A stretch of 64,000 nt of DNA from Candidatus Eiseniibacteriota bacterium. GTDB taxonomy: Bacteria; Eisenbacteria; RBG-16-71-46. The notes beneath the pieces were generated by a model. It saw nothing but the letters and a program-made list of their open reading frames with translations, ran no database searches and was not told where the DNA came from. Made by a program: the position numbers and the translations under genes. Of this stretch, positions 40,950 to 50,002 are shown piece by piece (within the stretch, counting starts at the first letter, position 1; the number at the start of each line of letters is the position of its first letter). The DNA lies in contig OY970178.1 in the NCBI GenBank assembly GCA_963707915.1, positions 1,600,001-1,664,000 on the forward strand, in the 5' to 3' direction.

Positions 40950-41045
40950 AGATGGGGGCTCGGCCTATCGCCGGTTCCGTGTGTGGCTCAAGGTACGAAG
41001 AGCCGCATCGTCACCAGCTGGAACCATTCGCCCCCGCCGCCCGCC

Positions 41046-41087
41046 AAAACGCGCGAGGCGGAGTGGCCCCTCGCCACCCCGCCTCGC
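41046..41087 (-). terminator. Rho-independent terminator of the acyl-CoA dehydrogenase gene
   Basis: Minus strand GCGAGGCGGGGTGG-cgagggg-CCACTCCGCCTCGC followed by gcgTTTT, about 20 bp after the stop. Confidence 0.7.
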
Positions 41088-41108
41088 TCCCTGCCCCGCC
41101 CGACCGCG

Positions 41109-42281
41109 CTACCGCGCCAGCTTCGCCGCGTCCCGCACGAGCTGCGAGCCGATCACGTTGCGCTGGATCTGGTTCGTGCCCTCGTAGATCTGCGTGATCT
41201 TGGCGTCGCGCATCATCTTCTCGACCGGGTAGTCGGTCATGTAGCCGTAGCCGCCGAGGATCTGGACGGCGTCGGTGGTGACCTTCATCGCGGTGTCCGA
41301 GGCGAACACCTTGGCCATCGCCGAGAGGTGCCCGATATCCCGGGTGTCGCCCTTGTCGATGCGGTCGGCGAGCCCGTAGATGAGGCCGCGCGCCGCCTCG
41401 ATCTGCATGGCCATGTCGGCCAGCATCCACTGCACGCCCTGGAACGTGACGATGCTCTTGCCGAACTGCTGCCGCTGGTGCGCGTAGCGGAGCGACTCCT
41501 GCAGGGCGCCCTCGGCGATCCCCAGCGCCTGCGCCGCCACGCCCGGGCGGGAGACGTCGAAGGTCTTCATCGCCACGATGAAGCCCTGGCCTTCGCGGCC
41601 CAGCAGGTTCGCGGCCGGCACGCGGGCGTTGTCGAACACCAGCTCCGAGGTGACGCTGGCGCGGATGCCCATCTTCGTCTCCTTCTTGCCGAAGGAGAAC
41701 CCGGGCGTGCCCTTCTCGATGATGAAGCACGACGCGCCGCGCGCGCCCTTCTCGGGCTGGGTCAGCGCGACCGTGGTGTAGATGTCCGCCTCGCCGCCGT
41801 TGGTGATGAAGACCTTCGTCCCGTTCAGGACGTAGTGGTCGCCGTCGCGCCGCGCGGTGGTGCGCAGCGAGCCGGCGTCCGAGCCGGCCATCGCCTCGGT
41901 CAGCCCGAAGGCCGCCAGCTTCTCCCCCGCGGCCATGGGCGGCAGGTACTTCTGCTTCTGCTCCTCCGAGCCGTAGAGCAGGATGGGGAACGCGCCCAGC
42001 GCCGTCCCGGCGAAAGCCAGCGCGATGCCGGCGCAGGCCTTGGAGAGCTCCTCGGTGACGAGGCACATGTTGGTGATGCCCATGCCGTGTTCGACCAGCC
42101 CGTCGTAGGCGGTCGGCACGAACACGCGGAACAGGTCCACCTTCGCCATCGCTCGAACGATGTCCCAGGGGAAGGTCCCCTCTTCGTCGTACTTCGCCCG
42201 GACGGGCTTGACCTTCTCCTCGGCGATCGTCCGCGCCAGGTCGCGGATGGCGCGCTGCTCCTCGCTCAACAGGTGCTCCAT
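41109..42281 (-). CDS. Acyl-CoA dehydrogenase
   Basis: AFGLTEAMAGSD, LNGTKVFITNG, KMGIRAS, QFGK, GGYGY, IYEGTNQIQR. Confidence 0.95.
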   Translation of the reverse strand: MEHLLSEEQRAIRDLARTIAEEKVKPVRAKYDEEGTFPWDIVRAMAKVDLFRVFVPTAYDGLVEHGMGITNMCLVTEELSKACAGIALAFAGTALGAFPILLYGSEEQKQKYLPPMAAGEKLAAFGLTEAMAGSDAGSLRTTARRDGDHYVLNGTKVFITNGGEADIYTTVALTQPEKGARGASCFIIEKGTPGFSFGKKETKMGIRASVTSELVFDNARVPAANLLGREGQGFIVAMKTFDVSRPGVAAQALGIAEGALQESLRYAHQRQQFGKSIVTFQGVQWMLADMAMQIEAARGLIYGLADRIDKGDTRDIGHLSAMAKVFASDTAMKVTTDAVQILGGYGYMTDYPVEKMMRDAKITQIYEGTNQIQRNVIGSQLVRDAAKLAR

Positions 42282-42704
42282 CGACTTCCTCTCCCCTGCC
42301 CTGCATGGGCCGCGTCTTGCCCCGGGTGGCCGGAGTCTTCCGGCGGACGCCACGGCGGGGCGGCTGGTGTGAGACCGGTCCCGGGCGGGACGCCCGTGGC
42401 CGGAGCGAAGTGCCGGGCACTGTACACCGTCCGGGGCCCGGCGTCAGCCCCCGGGGCGATCCCGCGGTCGGGCTCCGGTCAGGATCTCCAGCGCCTCGAC
42501 GATGCGCAGCGAGCCGGTCTCCATCGCGAGGAGTTGGGAGGTCAGCCAGGGCTCGACCGGCCGCTGCATCCGCTTGAGCTTGCCGAAGAGCGGGTTGCTG
42601 GCCGCGGCGAAGACGCGCGCCCCCGGCATCCTCGCGAAGCACCGCGACCACTCCCCGGAGCCCGGTGGAGTGGTCGCGGTGCTTCCGCCCGTGCGCTGCT
42701 CAGC

Positions 42705-45287
42705 TCACTTGAGACGCGCCATCCGCTCGGTGCGGGTGCCCCACGGCGTCACCAGCCGCACGAAGTAGAGCCCGGCGCCCGGCGCCGAGCCGTCCGGGCC
42801 GCGACCGTCCCAGCGCCACGCCTGCGGGCCGGCCGCGAAGTCGCCCTCGTATTCGCCCAGCCGCCGCCCCGAGACGTCCACCACTTCCAGCCGCGCCCGC
42901 CCCGCCGCCGGCAGCGAGAAGCGCAGCAGCGTCGTGCCGCGGCTCGGGTTCGGCATCGGCCGCGCCAGCGCCAGCACCGCCGGCCCGCTGCCCCACACGT
43001 CGGCGGTGGCATCCCCGATCTCGAACGAGCCGGCGCTCACCGCGCTGCCCGCGTTGAGCGCCAGGTCATAGGCCGTCACCCGCACCCGCGCGCTGTCGCT
43101 CATCTGGATGGGCAGGATCCAGGTGTACGAGCCGGTGTTCTCGAGTCCGCGCACGATCGACACCCACGGGCCCCCGGGGCCCGAGAGCGAGTAGTCCACG
43201 TCCACCGAGTCCACCGCGGCGTTGTCGGTCGCCGTCCAGGTGATGGGGTGCGTCGAGCCCTGCACCATGATCTCCCCGCCCACCGGCGAGAGCAGCGTCA
43301 CCACCGGCGCGGCCACGTCCACGAACGTCGCCGTCACCGCCTTGTTCGCGTCCACCGTCAGCGTCACCGGGTCGGCGACCCCGCTGGTGTCCCCGCTCCA
43401 GCCCGCGAACGCCCAGCCCGCCACCGCCGCCGCGTCCAGCACGACGCTGCTGCCGTAGGCGTAGCTCGCCAGGTCCGGGCTCTTCGTCACCGTCCCGCCC
43501 CCCACCGCGCTCACCACCAGCGCGAACTGGTCGGCCGAGAACGTCGCCGCGATGGCGTGGTCCGCCGTCACGTTGCTGAACACGTAGCTGGTGTCCGCCG
43601 CCACCGCCCCGCCGTCCACCGTCAGCCCCAGCACGTGGTAGCCGGTCGCCGGCCGGATCGCGAACCCCTGGCTGGCACCCGCCACCACCGCCACCGCCCC
43701 GCTCGGCGTGATGCTGCCGTTCGCCCCGGCCGAGGCGGTGATGGTGAAGGTGTTCACCCCGAAGCTCGCTGCGATGTTGTGGTTCGCCGTCACGTTCGGG
43801 AAGTTGTAGCTGGTCACGGCCCCCACCGAGCCCCCGTCCACCAGCACGTCCTCGACGTGGTAGCCGCCCGCCGCCGCGATGCTGAAGCCCTGGCTGGCGC
43901 CCTGCACCACCGCCACCGCCCCGCTCGGCGTGATGCTGCCGTTCGCCCCGGCCGAAGCGGTGATGGTCCAGCGGTCGATGGTGAAGTTCGTGGCACTCGA
44001 GTCGCGCCCGGCGTTGCCCGCCGCGTCACGGGCGATGACCCGCACCCGCACCGTGCCGCTCGGCACGTTCGGCACGCTCCACGACCACGAGCCGCTGTTG
44101 GCGATGCCGCTGGCCAGCGCGTTGGGGAAGCTCGCCCCGCCGTCGGTCGAGTAGGCCAGGTCCACGCTGGTCACGCCCACCGCGTCGGTCGCGCTCCAGG
44201 TGATCGCCTGGGTCGAGCCCGCCTTCCAGGTCTCGCCGCCGTTCGGCGCGGTCACCGCCACCACCGGCGCCGTCACGTCGCCGGGGGCGGTGCCCGAGTT
44301 GGTGAAGGTGTCCGCGAAGGGGGTCCCCGTGCCGTTGCTGCGCACGGTGTCCACGCCGCCCCCCTGCCAGGTCGCAGAGATGATGACCTGGCCGTTCGAA
44401 TACTTGTCCCACCCCGCCAGCGGCGTGGCGCCGGTGCCGAGCTCGGTCCAGTAGGTCTTGACGTTCGCGGTGTGCAGACGGCCGACCGCCGCCGCGGTCG
44501 GGTGACCGTAGGAGTTGCCGTTGCCCATGGAGATCACGCCGATCTTGGGCTGGATCGCGGCGAGCCAGGTGGGGTTGCTCGAGGTCGCGGAGCCGTGGTG
44601 GTGCACCTTGTAGGCTTCGACCGGACCGACCTGCGCGCCGACGGTGGTCTCGATATCCTTGTAGCTGCCGCTGTTGTAGCCACTGAGATCGCCGCCGAAC
44701 ACCATGTCGAACTCGCCGTAGCTGACCTTGAGAATCAGGCTCAGGCAGTTCGGCTCGGTCGTCGAGATCCCCGCGCCGTTCAGGTTCACGCACTTGATCG
44801 TGACCGGATGCGCCGAGAGGGAGTCGAGCGTGATGATCTGGTTCCGGACCAGCGTGCGGCGCCGGGCGCCCAGCGTGCTCACGTAGTTCGTGTACGCCGC
44901 GGTCGTGTACGAGCCGCCGCCGTCCCAGCCGTAATCGAGGGATACACCGCCGGCGCCGAAGATCGCGGGGAAGTTGCCGAGGTGGTCGGAGTGATAGTGG
45001 CTGACGAAGTGGTGGTCCACGTGCGTCACGCCCAGCGCCTGGAGCTGCTGCAGGACGGTTTGGCCGATCGCCGTCGTCCCCGACTGCCCTTCGTCGATCA
45101 TCACCACCTGCCCCAGCGGGGAGATGATGACGGCGCCGTCGCCCTGGCCCACGTCGAGGTGGATGATCTGCAGGCGGCCGTTCGGAGTCACCGCGCCCGC
45201 GGGGGTGAACCCCGCGCCGCTGAAGACGAGCGAGAGAGCGAGGGCTACGGCAACGCGCAGATGGTCGCGGAGTCGAGTCGGGGGCAT
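42705..45287 (-). CDS. Secreted ComEC/Rec2-like MBL-fold hydrolase with Ig-like and InlB-B-like repeats and CTD
   Basis: Signal peptide; HLDVGQGDG, SHYHSDH, GGD, KVHHHGS, NSYGHP; duplicated TITASAGANGSITPSG repeats; CTD MPNPSRG...WDGR...GLYFVR. Confidence 0.85.
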   Translation of the reverse strand: MPPTRLRDHLRVAVALALSLVFSGAGFTPAGAVTPNGRLQIIHLDVGQGDGAVIISPLGQVVMIDEGQSGTTAIGQTVLQQLQALGVTHVDHHFVSHYHSDHLGNFPAIFGAGGVSLDYGWDGGGSYTTAAYTNYVSTLGARRRTLVRNQIITLDSLSAHPVTIKCVNLNGAGISTTEPNCLSLILKVSYGEFDMVFGGDLSGYNSGSYKDIETTVGAQVGPVEAYKVHHHGSATSSNPTWLAAIQPKIGVISMGNGNSYGHPTAAAVGRLHTANVKTYWTELGTGATPLAGWDKYSNGQVIISATWQGGGVDTVRSNGTGTPFADTFTNSGTAPGDVTAPVVAVTAPNGGETWKAGSTQAITWSATDAVGVTSVDLAYSTDGGASFPNALASGIANSGSWSWSVPNVPSGTVRVRVIARDAAGNAGRDSSATNFTIDRWTITASAGANGSITPSGAVAVVQGASQGFSIAAAGGYHVEDVLVDGGSVGAVTSYNFPNVTANHNIAASFGVNTFTITASAGANGSITPSGAVAVVAGASQGFAIRPATGYHVLGLTVDGGAVAADTSYVFSNVTADHAIAATFSADQFALVVSAVGGGTVTKSPDLASYAYGSSVVLDAAAVAGWAFAGWSGDTSGVADPVTLTVDANKAVTATFVDVAAPVVTLLSPVGGEIMVQGSTHPITWTATDNAAVDSVDVDYSLSGPGGPWVSIVRGLENTGSYTWILPIQMSDSARVRVTAYDLALNAGSAVSAGSFEIGDATADVWGSGPAVLALARPMPNPSRGTTLLRFSLPAAGRARLEVVDVSGRRLGEYEGDFAAGPQAWRWDGRGPDGSAPGAGLYFVRLVTPWGTRTERMARLK

Positions 45288-45628
45288 CGGTTCTCCATGT
45301 GTCCGGAGTCACCGAGGGGGCGCACCGGGGTGGTATCGGAGTCTACCCGGGGCCGCCAAACGACGCCTCGGGGGCGAGGTCCTTCGCTGTGCTCAATGAT
45401 ATCGGCTGGTCACGCCCGCCGTCCAGCGGTTCCGGCACTGCCGGCCCGTTCCTCTCCCATACCCGTGCGATTCAGCGGACTCAGGTGCGGACCGCCACGC
45501 TGACTGCAATGCCCGTGCAAAGCGCATGGCCGCGGCGCGCTCCCGCCCCGGGAATACGCCCCCGTCCCCGGCGTACCCGGTGCAGCAAGCGCAGCAGCGC
45601 AGCGGGACCCAACCGGAGGAGGAGAGCC

Positions 45629-46585
45629 ATGCAGACCCATCGAGACCTGATCCGCAGCCTCGCGGCGTGCGCCGCACTCGCCCTCGTGCTGAGCGCCGCG
45701 CCCGCCCGCGCCTCGAGCGCTGTTGACGACGGCGGCACCGGCCGCTGGGACCGCACGGCGAGCGGCAGTCTGGTGGACGTCCAGGTGCTGGTCGGCGACC
45801 GGGCCACGCCGCTCTACCTCGCCCCGGGGCGCTGGGACCGCCGCTACTTCCAGGCGCAGCGCGGACGCAACTACGCCCTGCTCGTCCGCAATCGCACCGA
45901 TCGGCGCGTCGGCGTGCTCATCGCGGTGGACGGCCTGAACGTGGTGAACGGCGAGCGCTCGAGCCTGCGCCGCAACGAGGCGATGTACGTGCTCGACCCG
46001 TGGGAGACCGCAACCATCCGCGGCTGGCGCACCTCGCTCGAACAGGTCCGGCAGTTCGTCTTCGTGGACGAGGAGCGTTCCTACGCCGAGCGCACCGGCC
46101 AGGCCAACGGCGACATGGGCTGGATCCGCGTGCTGGCCTTCGAGGAGCGCCGTCCGCTGGCGTGGCTCGGCCGCCCCGAGGCCGGGCGACTGCTCGGCGA
46201 CGCGGGCGGCGGCCGCGCCGACAGCGACCTGCGCGGGCGCGAGTCGCGCGACGCGGAGCCCCCGGCGAACCAGGCGCCGACGCCCGTCACCGAGCGCACG
46301 CGGAACGGCGAGATGAGCGCACCGCTCGCGGCCGAGAAGTCGCTCGCCGGGCAGCGGGCCGCGGCGCCGCAGGCCGACGCCTACCCCGGCACGGGCTGGG
46401 GCGAGCGGCGGCGGGACCCGGTGCGCGAGACCTCGTTCGTGGCCGCCGCGACGGCGGGCGACCACCTGGTCCTCCGCTACGAGTACGCCCCGAGCCTGCG
46501 CGCGCTGGGCATCCGGCTGGACGGCGACCGGTTGCGGGACCGCGAGCGCGGTGAGCTGGGGTTCGCCCGGCCCCCGAAGTGGTGA
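45629..46585 (+). CDS. Secreted conserved hypothetical protein
   Basis: GGAGGAGGAGAG RBS; signal peptide; YALLVRNRT..RVGVLIAVDGLNVV...YVLDPW...GWR...F; GTGWGE. Confidence 0.75.
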   Translation: MQTHRDLIRSLAACAALALVLSAAPARASSAVDDGGTGRWDRTASGSLVDVQVLVGDRATPLYLAPGRWDRRYFQAQRGRNYALLVRNRTDRRVGVLIAVDGLNVVNGERSSLRRNEAMYVLDPWETATIRGWRTSLEQVRQFVFVDEERSYAERTGQANGDMGWIRVLAFEERRPLAWLGRPEAGRLLGDAGGGRADSDLRGRESRDAEPPANQAPTPVTERTRNGEMSAPLAAEKSLAGQRAAAPQADAYPGTGWGERRRDPVRETSFVAAATAGDHLVLRYEYAPSLRALGIRLDGDRLRDRERGELGFARPPKW

Positions 46586-46696
46586 GGCGTCCGCGCCCGA
46601 CGGCGCCGTGCAGGAGCGGCCCGCCTCGTGGGAGGCGGGCCGCTCGCGCGTGCGCCCGGCACGGAAGGCCGCGCGCGGACGCGACCTCGCGACCGG

Positions 46697-47707
46697 CTAC
46701 CTCATGCCGAACGCGTGGGCGACGTACCAGCTGGCGGCCGCGATGACCGCGGCGATGGGCATGGTGAGGACCCAGGCCCAGACGATCCGGCCGGCCACCC
46801 CCCATTTCACGGCGGAGAGCCGCTGGGTCGAGCTCACCCCGACCCCGACGATCGCTCCCGTGATGGTGTGGGTGGTCGAGACCGGGATGCCGGCGGCGCT
46901 GGCCGCGAAGAGCGAGAGGGCGCCCGCGGTCTCGGCGCAGAACCCCCCCACCGGCTGCAGCCGCGTGATGCTCATGCCCATCGTCTTCACGATGCGCCAT
47001 CCGCCCGAGAGCGTCCCCAGCGCGATGGCGCCGTAGCTCGCGACGATGACCCAGAACGGCATGTGGAACGCCCCGGTGAGGTGCCCGGTCGAGTAGAGCA
47101 GCGCCGTGATGATGCCCGCGGTCTTCTGCGCGTCGTTCGAGCCGTGCCCCAGGCTGAAGGCCGCCGCGGAGACGAGCTGCAGGCGCCGGAACAGCCCGTC
47201 CACGCGGTGGGGCGTGGAGCGGTGGAAGAGCCACAGGACCACGAACATGCTGAGGAAGCCGAGCACCAGGCCGAGGACCGGCGAGATCACGATGAAGAGG
47301 GCGATCTTCACCACCCCGCCCACGATGATCGCGCCGGGGCCGTGGGCCACGAGCGCGGCGCCGACGAAGCCGCCGATCAGGGCGTGCGAGGAGGAGGTCG
47401 GCAGCCCCAGCCACCAGGTCACCAGGTTCCACACCACCGCGGCGACCAGCGCGGCCAGCACCAGCGACGGCGTCACCACCGAGGGGTCGACGGTGCCCTT
47501 GGCGATGGTCTTCGCCACGTGGTGCACCGGGAACACGACGAACGCGGCGAAGTTGAAGAACGCCGCCCACACCACCGCCCAGTGCGGCGGCAGCACCCGC
47601 GTGCTGACCACCGTGGCGATGGAGTTGGCGGCGTCGTGGAAGCCGTTGCTGAAGTCGAAGGCCAGCGCGATCAGGATGATCAGGATGACGCCGAGTGGCA
47701 GGTGCAT
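46697..47707 (-). CDS. pit: Inorganic phosphate transporter (PiT family), copy 2
   Basis: NGFHDAANSIAT, GLPTSSSHA, HGSNDAQK, GIPVSTTH. Confidence 0.93.
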   Translation of the reverse strand: MHLPLGVILIILIALAFDFSNGFHDAANSIATVVSTRVLPPHWAVVWAAFFNFAAFVVFPVHHVAKTIAKGTVDPSVVTPSLVLAALVAAVVWNLVTWWLGLPTSSSHALIGGFVGAALVAHGPGAIIVGGVVKIALFIVISPVLGLVLGFLSMFVVLWLFHRSTPHRVDGLFRRLQLVSAAAFSLGHGSNDAQKTAGIITALLYSTGHLTGAFHMPFWVIVASYGAIALGTLSGGWRIVKTMGMSITRLQPVGGFCAETAGALSLFAASAAGIPVSTTHTITGAIVGVGVSSTQRLSAVKWGVAGRIVWAWVLTMPIAAVIAAASWYVAHAFGMR

Positions 47708-47747
47708 CTTCAGCGGCCCCCCGCGCCGAGGGGTTCGATCCCGTCGG

Positions 47748-48755
47748 CTACTTCATGCCCAGCGCGTGCGCGACGAACCAGGACGCGGCCGCGATGATCG
47801 CCGCCGCCGGCATGGTCAGCACCCACGCCCAGACGATGCGACCGGCCACGCCCCACTTCACGGCCGAGAGCCGTCCGGTGGAGCTGACCCCCACGCCGAC
47901 GATCGCGCCGGTGATGGTGTGGGTGGTGGAGACCGGAATGCCCGCCGCGGTCGCGCCGAACAGCGTGAGCGCGCCGGCGGTCTCGGCGCAGAAGCCGCCC
48001 ACCGGCTTCAGCTTGGTGATGTTCATGCCCATGGTCTTGACGATGCGCCAGCCGCCGAACATCGTGCCCAGGGCGATCGCCCCGTGGCTGATGAGCACCA
48101 CCCACAGCGGCACGTGGAACTCGCCGTGGAGGTTCCCGGTCGAGTAGAGCAGGGCGGTGATGATGCCCATGGTCTTCTGGGCGTCGTTGCCGCCGTGGCC
48201 CAGGCTGTAGGCCGCCGCGGAGACGAGCTGCAGGCGCCGGAACAGGCCGTCCACCCGGCTCGGCGTGGTCCGGTGGAACGCCCACATGACGGCGATCATC
48301 GTCACGCACCCCGCCGCCAGCCCGATCAACGGGGCCAGCACGATGAACTGGACGATCTTCGCCAGGCCGCCGAGCATCACGGCCTGCGGCCCGACCGCGA
48401 CCACCGCCGCCCCGGCCAGCCCGCCGATGAGCGCGTGGGACGAGGACGTCGGCAGGCCCACCCACCAGGTGATCAGGTTCCAGATGAGCGCCCCCAGCAC
48501 CGCGGCGAGGATGATCGGCGGGGTCACGACCGCGGGGTCCACCACGCCCTTGCCGATGGTCTTCGCGACGTGGACGCCGAACACCAGGAACGCGGCGAAG
48601 TTGAAGAACGCCGCCCACGCCACCGCCGCGCGCGGCGACAGCACCCGCGTGCTCACCACCGTGGCGATGGAATTGGCGGCGTCGTGGAAGCCGTTGCTGA
48701 AATCGAAGGCCAGCGCGATCAGGATGATCGCGAGAACGTTCAGCGGCAGGTCCAT
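47748..48755 (-). CDS. pit: Inorganic phosphate transporter (PiT family), copy 1
   Basis: NGFHDAANSIAT, GLPTSSSHA, HGGNDAQK, GIPVSTTH. Confidence 0.93.
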   Translation of the reverse strand: MDLPLNVLAIILIALAFDFSNGFHDAANSIATVVSTRVLSPRAAVAWAAFFNFAAFLVFGVHVAKTIGKGVVDPAVVTPPIILAAVLGALIWNLITWWVGLPTSSSHALIGGLAGAAVVAVGPQAVMLGGLAKIVQFIVLAPLIGLAAGCVTMIAVMWAFHRTTPSRVDGLFRRLQLVSAAAYSLGHGGNDAQKTMGIITALLYSTGNLHGEFHVPLWVVLISHGAIALGTMFGGWRIVKTMGMNITKLKPVGGFCAETAGALTLFGATAAGIPVSTTHTITGAIVGVGVSSTGRLSAVKWGVAGRIVWAWVLTMPAAAIIAAASWFVAHALGMK

Positions 48756-48757
48756 GC

Positions 48758-49372
48758 TCAGCGGCTCTTGAGGACGATCGACTCGATCACGTTGGCCACG
48801 TCCTCGCACTGGTCCGTGGCGTTCTCGAGCCGGCCGTAGATCTCCTTCCAGCGGATCACGTCGAGGAAGTCGTGCGACCCGTCGAACAGGTCCGCGACCG
48901 CCTGGCGCGAGAGGGCGTCGGCCTCGTTCTCCAGCCGGTTGATCTCGATGGTGAACGGCATCAGGCCCTTGAAGTCCTTCAGGTGTCCGACCGCCTGCTC
49001 GATCTGCACCCCGCACTCGGTCACGATGCGTGCGAGCTGTTTCGCCTGGGGCGTGGCCGCCGGGATCTTGAACAGGACGATGCGGCTGGAGATCCCCTCG
49101 ATCGCGTCGAGCACGTCGTCGAGCCCGCTGGCGAGGCCGTGGACGTCCTCGCGGTCGAGCGGCGTGATGAAGGTCCGGTTCAGGCGCTCGAACAGCTCGT
49201 GCGCCACCAGGTCACCCTGGTGCTCGACGTCCTTGAGGGCCCTGGCGCGGTCCTCGAGGTGGTCGAACTCCTGCACCATCTGGTTGAGCAGGTCGCCGCC
49301 CTGGCGCACCAGCACCGCCTGGCGCCGGAACAACTCGAAGAAGTTCTCGTCCTTGGGGAAGAGGGAAAACAT
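48758..49372 (-). CDS. DUF47 / PhoU-like phosphate transport regulator
   Basis: EHQGD...LNRTFITPLDREDV...LDDVLD, ENEAD, WKEIYGRLENATD; adjacent to pit. Confidence 0.92.
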   Translation of the reverse strand: MFSLFPKDENFFELFRRQAVLVRQGGDLLNQMVQEFDHLEDRARALKDVEHQGDLVAHELFERLNRTFITPLDREDVHGLASGLDDVLDAIEGISSRIVLFKIPAATPQAKQLARIVTECGVQIEQAVGHLKDFKGLMPFTIEINRLENEADALSRQAVADLFDGSHDFLDVIRWKEIYGRLENATDQCEDVANVIESIVLKSR

Positions 49373-49533
49373 CGATGTCCTCGCGTGCGGGGAGTGGGTC
49401 CGTACCTACGGTGCCGCCGACACACCGCGGAACGGATATCACGGCCGGAGGGTTCCGGCAACCGGCCGGCGGTGCTACCCTGCGCGTCGTTCCGCGACGT
49501 GCGACCTGAGGATGGACCCTGGGGGAAACCGCC

Positions 49534-49968
49534 ATGAAATCGGGCTTGAACGATCTCGCGCTGCTGCTGCTCCGGCTGGGGCTGGGGGCCGTCATGTGGG
49601 CCCACGGGGCGCAGAAGCTCCTGGGCCTGTTCGGCGGCCACGGGCCGCAGGGGTTCGTCCGACTGGTCGGGACCCTCGGACTGCCGGCGTCGCTGGCCTG
49701 GCTGGTCATCGCCGTCGAGTTCTTCGGCGGCATCGCCATCGTCTTCGGGGTGCTCAGCCGCCTCGCCGCGCTCGGCTTCGCCGTCGAGATGGTGGTCGCC
49801 ATCGTCAAGGTGCACTGGGCGAACGGGTTCTTCATGGACGGCGGCGCCGCGGGCCACGGCGGAGGGTACGAGTACCCGTTGCTGCTGGCGGTCGTCGCCT
49901 TCGTCCTGCTGCTCACCGGCCCCGGCCGCTACGCCCTCTTCGGCAAGACGCAGAAGCTGCTGGCTTGA
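49534..49968 (+). CDS. DoxX family membrane protein
   Basis: LLRLGLG...HGAQKL...EFFGG...GGYEY...GPGRYAL. Confidence 0.9.
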   Translation: MKSGLNDLALLLLRLGLGAVMWAHGAQKLLGLFGGHGPQGFVRLVGTLGLPASLAWLVIAVEFFGGIAIVFGVLSRLAALGFAVEMVVAIVKVHWANGFFMDGGAAGHGGGYEYPLLLAVVAFVLLLTGPGRYALFGKTQKLLA

Positions 49969-50002
49969 GGAGCGTCGGACCCGCGAGGGGCGCGGGCGGG
50001 AG

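Noticed and set aside
42444..42629. 61-aa minus-strand ORF between the MBL hydrolase and acyl-CoA dehydrogenase
   Set aside because: No recognisable motif. It could be a gene remnant, but this cannot be supported.
40941..45503. 1520-aa plus-strand ORF and similar long Arg/Pro/Ala-rich ORFs (for example 518..3406)
   Set aside because: Antisense to well-supported genes, with no domain motifs. Stop codons are scarce at this GC content.
45505..45520. Minus-strand TTGCACGGGCATTGCA sigma-54-like site
   Set aside because: It lacks the invariant -24 GG.
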